Source: an uncultured Collinsella sp.
GTDB lineage: Bacteria; Actinomycetota; Coriobacteriia; Coriobacteriales; Coriobacteriaceae
Assembly: GCA_902470805.1 (NCBI GenBank)
Contig: CABRHX010000006.1
Span: forward strand, 30,166-94,165
Reading direction: 5' to 3'
DNA: 64,000 bases
Each line of letters opens with the position of its first letter. The stretch's first letter is position 1. Under the pieces are notes generated by a model. That model had not been told where the DNA came from, ran no database searches, and saw nothing but the letters and a program-made list of their open reading frames with translations. Shown here in pieces: positions 63,926 through 64,000 of this stretch. The position numbers and the translations under genes are program-made.

Positions 63926-64000
63926 ATGAATTCATCTCTTTGGTCGCTCCCGAGGGCGTGGATTTCCCAGCTCTCGCGCCAGAGGTCACTTAGAGACGAT
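63926..64000 (+). CDS. possible start of an unidentified gene running off the right edge
   Basis: GGGAGGGG SD 5 nt before ATG 63926. The frame is open for 25 codons to the window end (MNSSLWSLPRAWISQLSRQRSLRDD). No similarity recognised. Confidence 0.2.
   Translation, partial: MNSSLWSLPRAWISQLSRQRSLRDD

Overview
The window is about 60% GC and is almost entirely conserved core genome. It looks like a high-GC Gram-positive, probably Coriobacteriia (Collinsella- or Olsenella-like). That taxon call is an inference from gene content and synteny, with no database check. CDS coordinates include the stop codon, and starts were trimmed to the best SD-preceded start codon.

Gene order, left to right:
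- adhE (partial)
- a RAYT-type Y1 transposase bracketed by REP-like hairpins
- rpmB
- pyrR-pyrB-pyrC-pyrK-pyrD-pyrF
- mihF-gmk-rpoZ-thiI
- comEA-comEC-holA
- rpsT
- lepA-dus-hemW, then two DnaJ paralogs (the first membrane-anchored)
- mtaB-phoH-ybeY-dgkA-era-recO
- rpsO-pnp
- rnj-ftsK and a RodZ-like HTH gene
- yajQ-rimO-pgsA-cinA(PncC)
- recA-recX
- rny, a GHKL ATPase, spoVS-miaB-miaA-hflX
- a frameshifted DUF1624 gene coupled to lexA
- a divergent LysM gene, then nrdR-dut
- a UgtP/MGDG-synthase-like glycosyltransferase
- trxB, DUF1836, degV
- NlpC/P60, apt, MerR, a GarA-like FHA protein, and a second CDP-alcohol phosphatidyltransferase
- a tRNA-Pro 3' fragment that marks the edge of an integrase-bearing island running off the right end

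Most noteworthy non-genic signals:
1. A family of long-stem palindromic elements has a conserved centre, compensatory changes in an inner hairpin, and non-homologous but perfectly self-complementary arms. Two copies lie between pnp and rnj. Related copies lie downstream of dut.
2. An 18-nt motif is shared by the comEA and recA upstream regions. At recA it sits inside an 11-bp-phased TTTGG array.
3. A GHKL ATPase occupies the slot between rny and spoVS.
4. The island contains a strictly 8-bp-periodic GTAG array.

No CRISPR array, rRNA gene or intact tRNA gene was seen. The many long antisense ORFs in the track are high-GC shadow frames.
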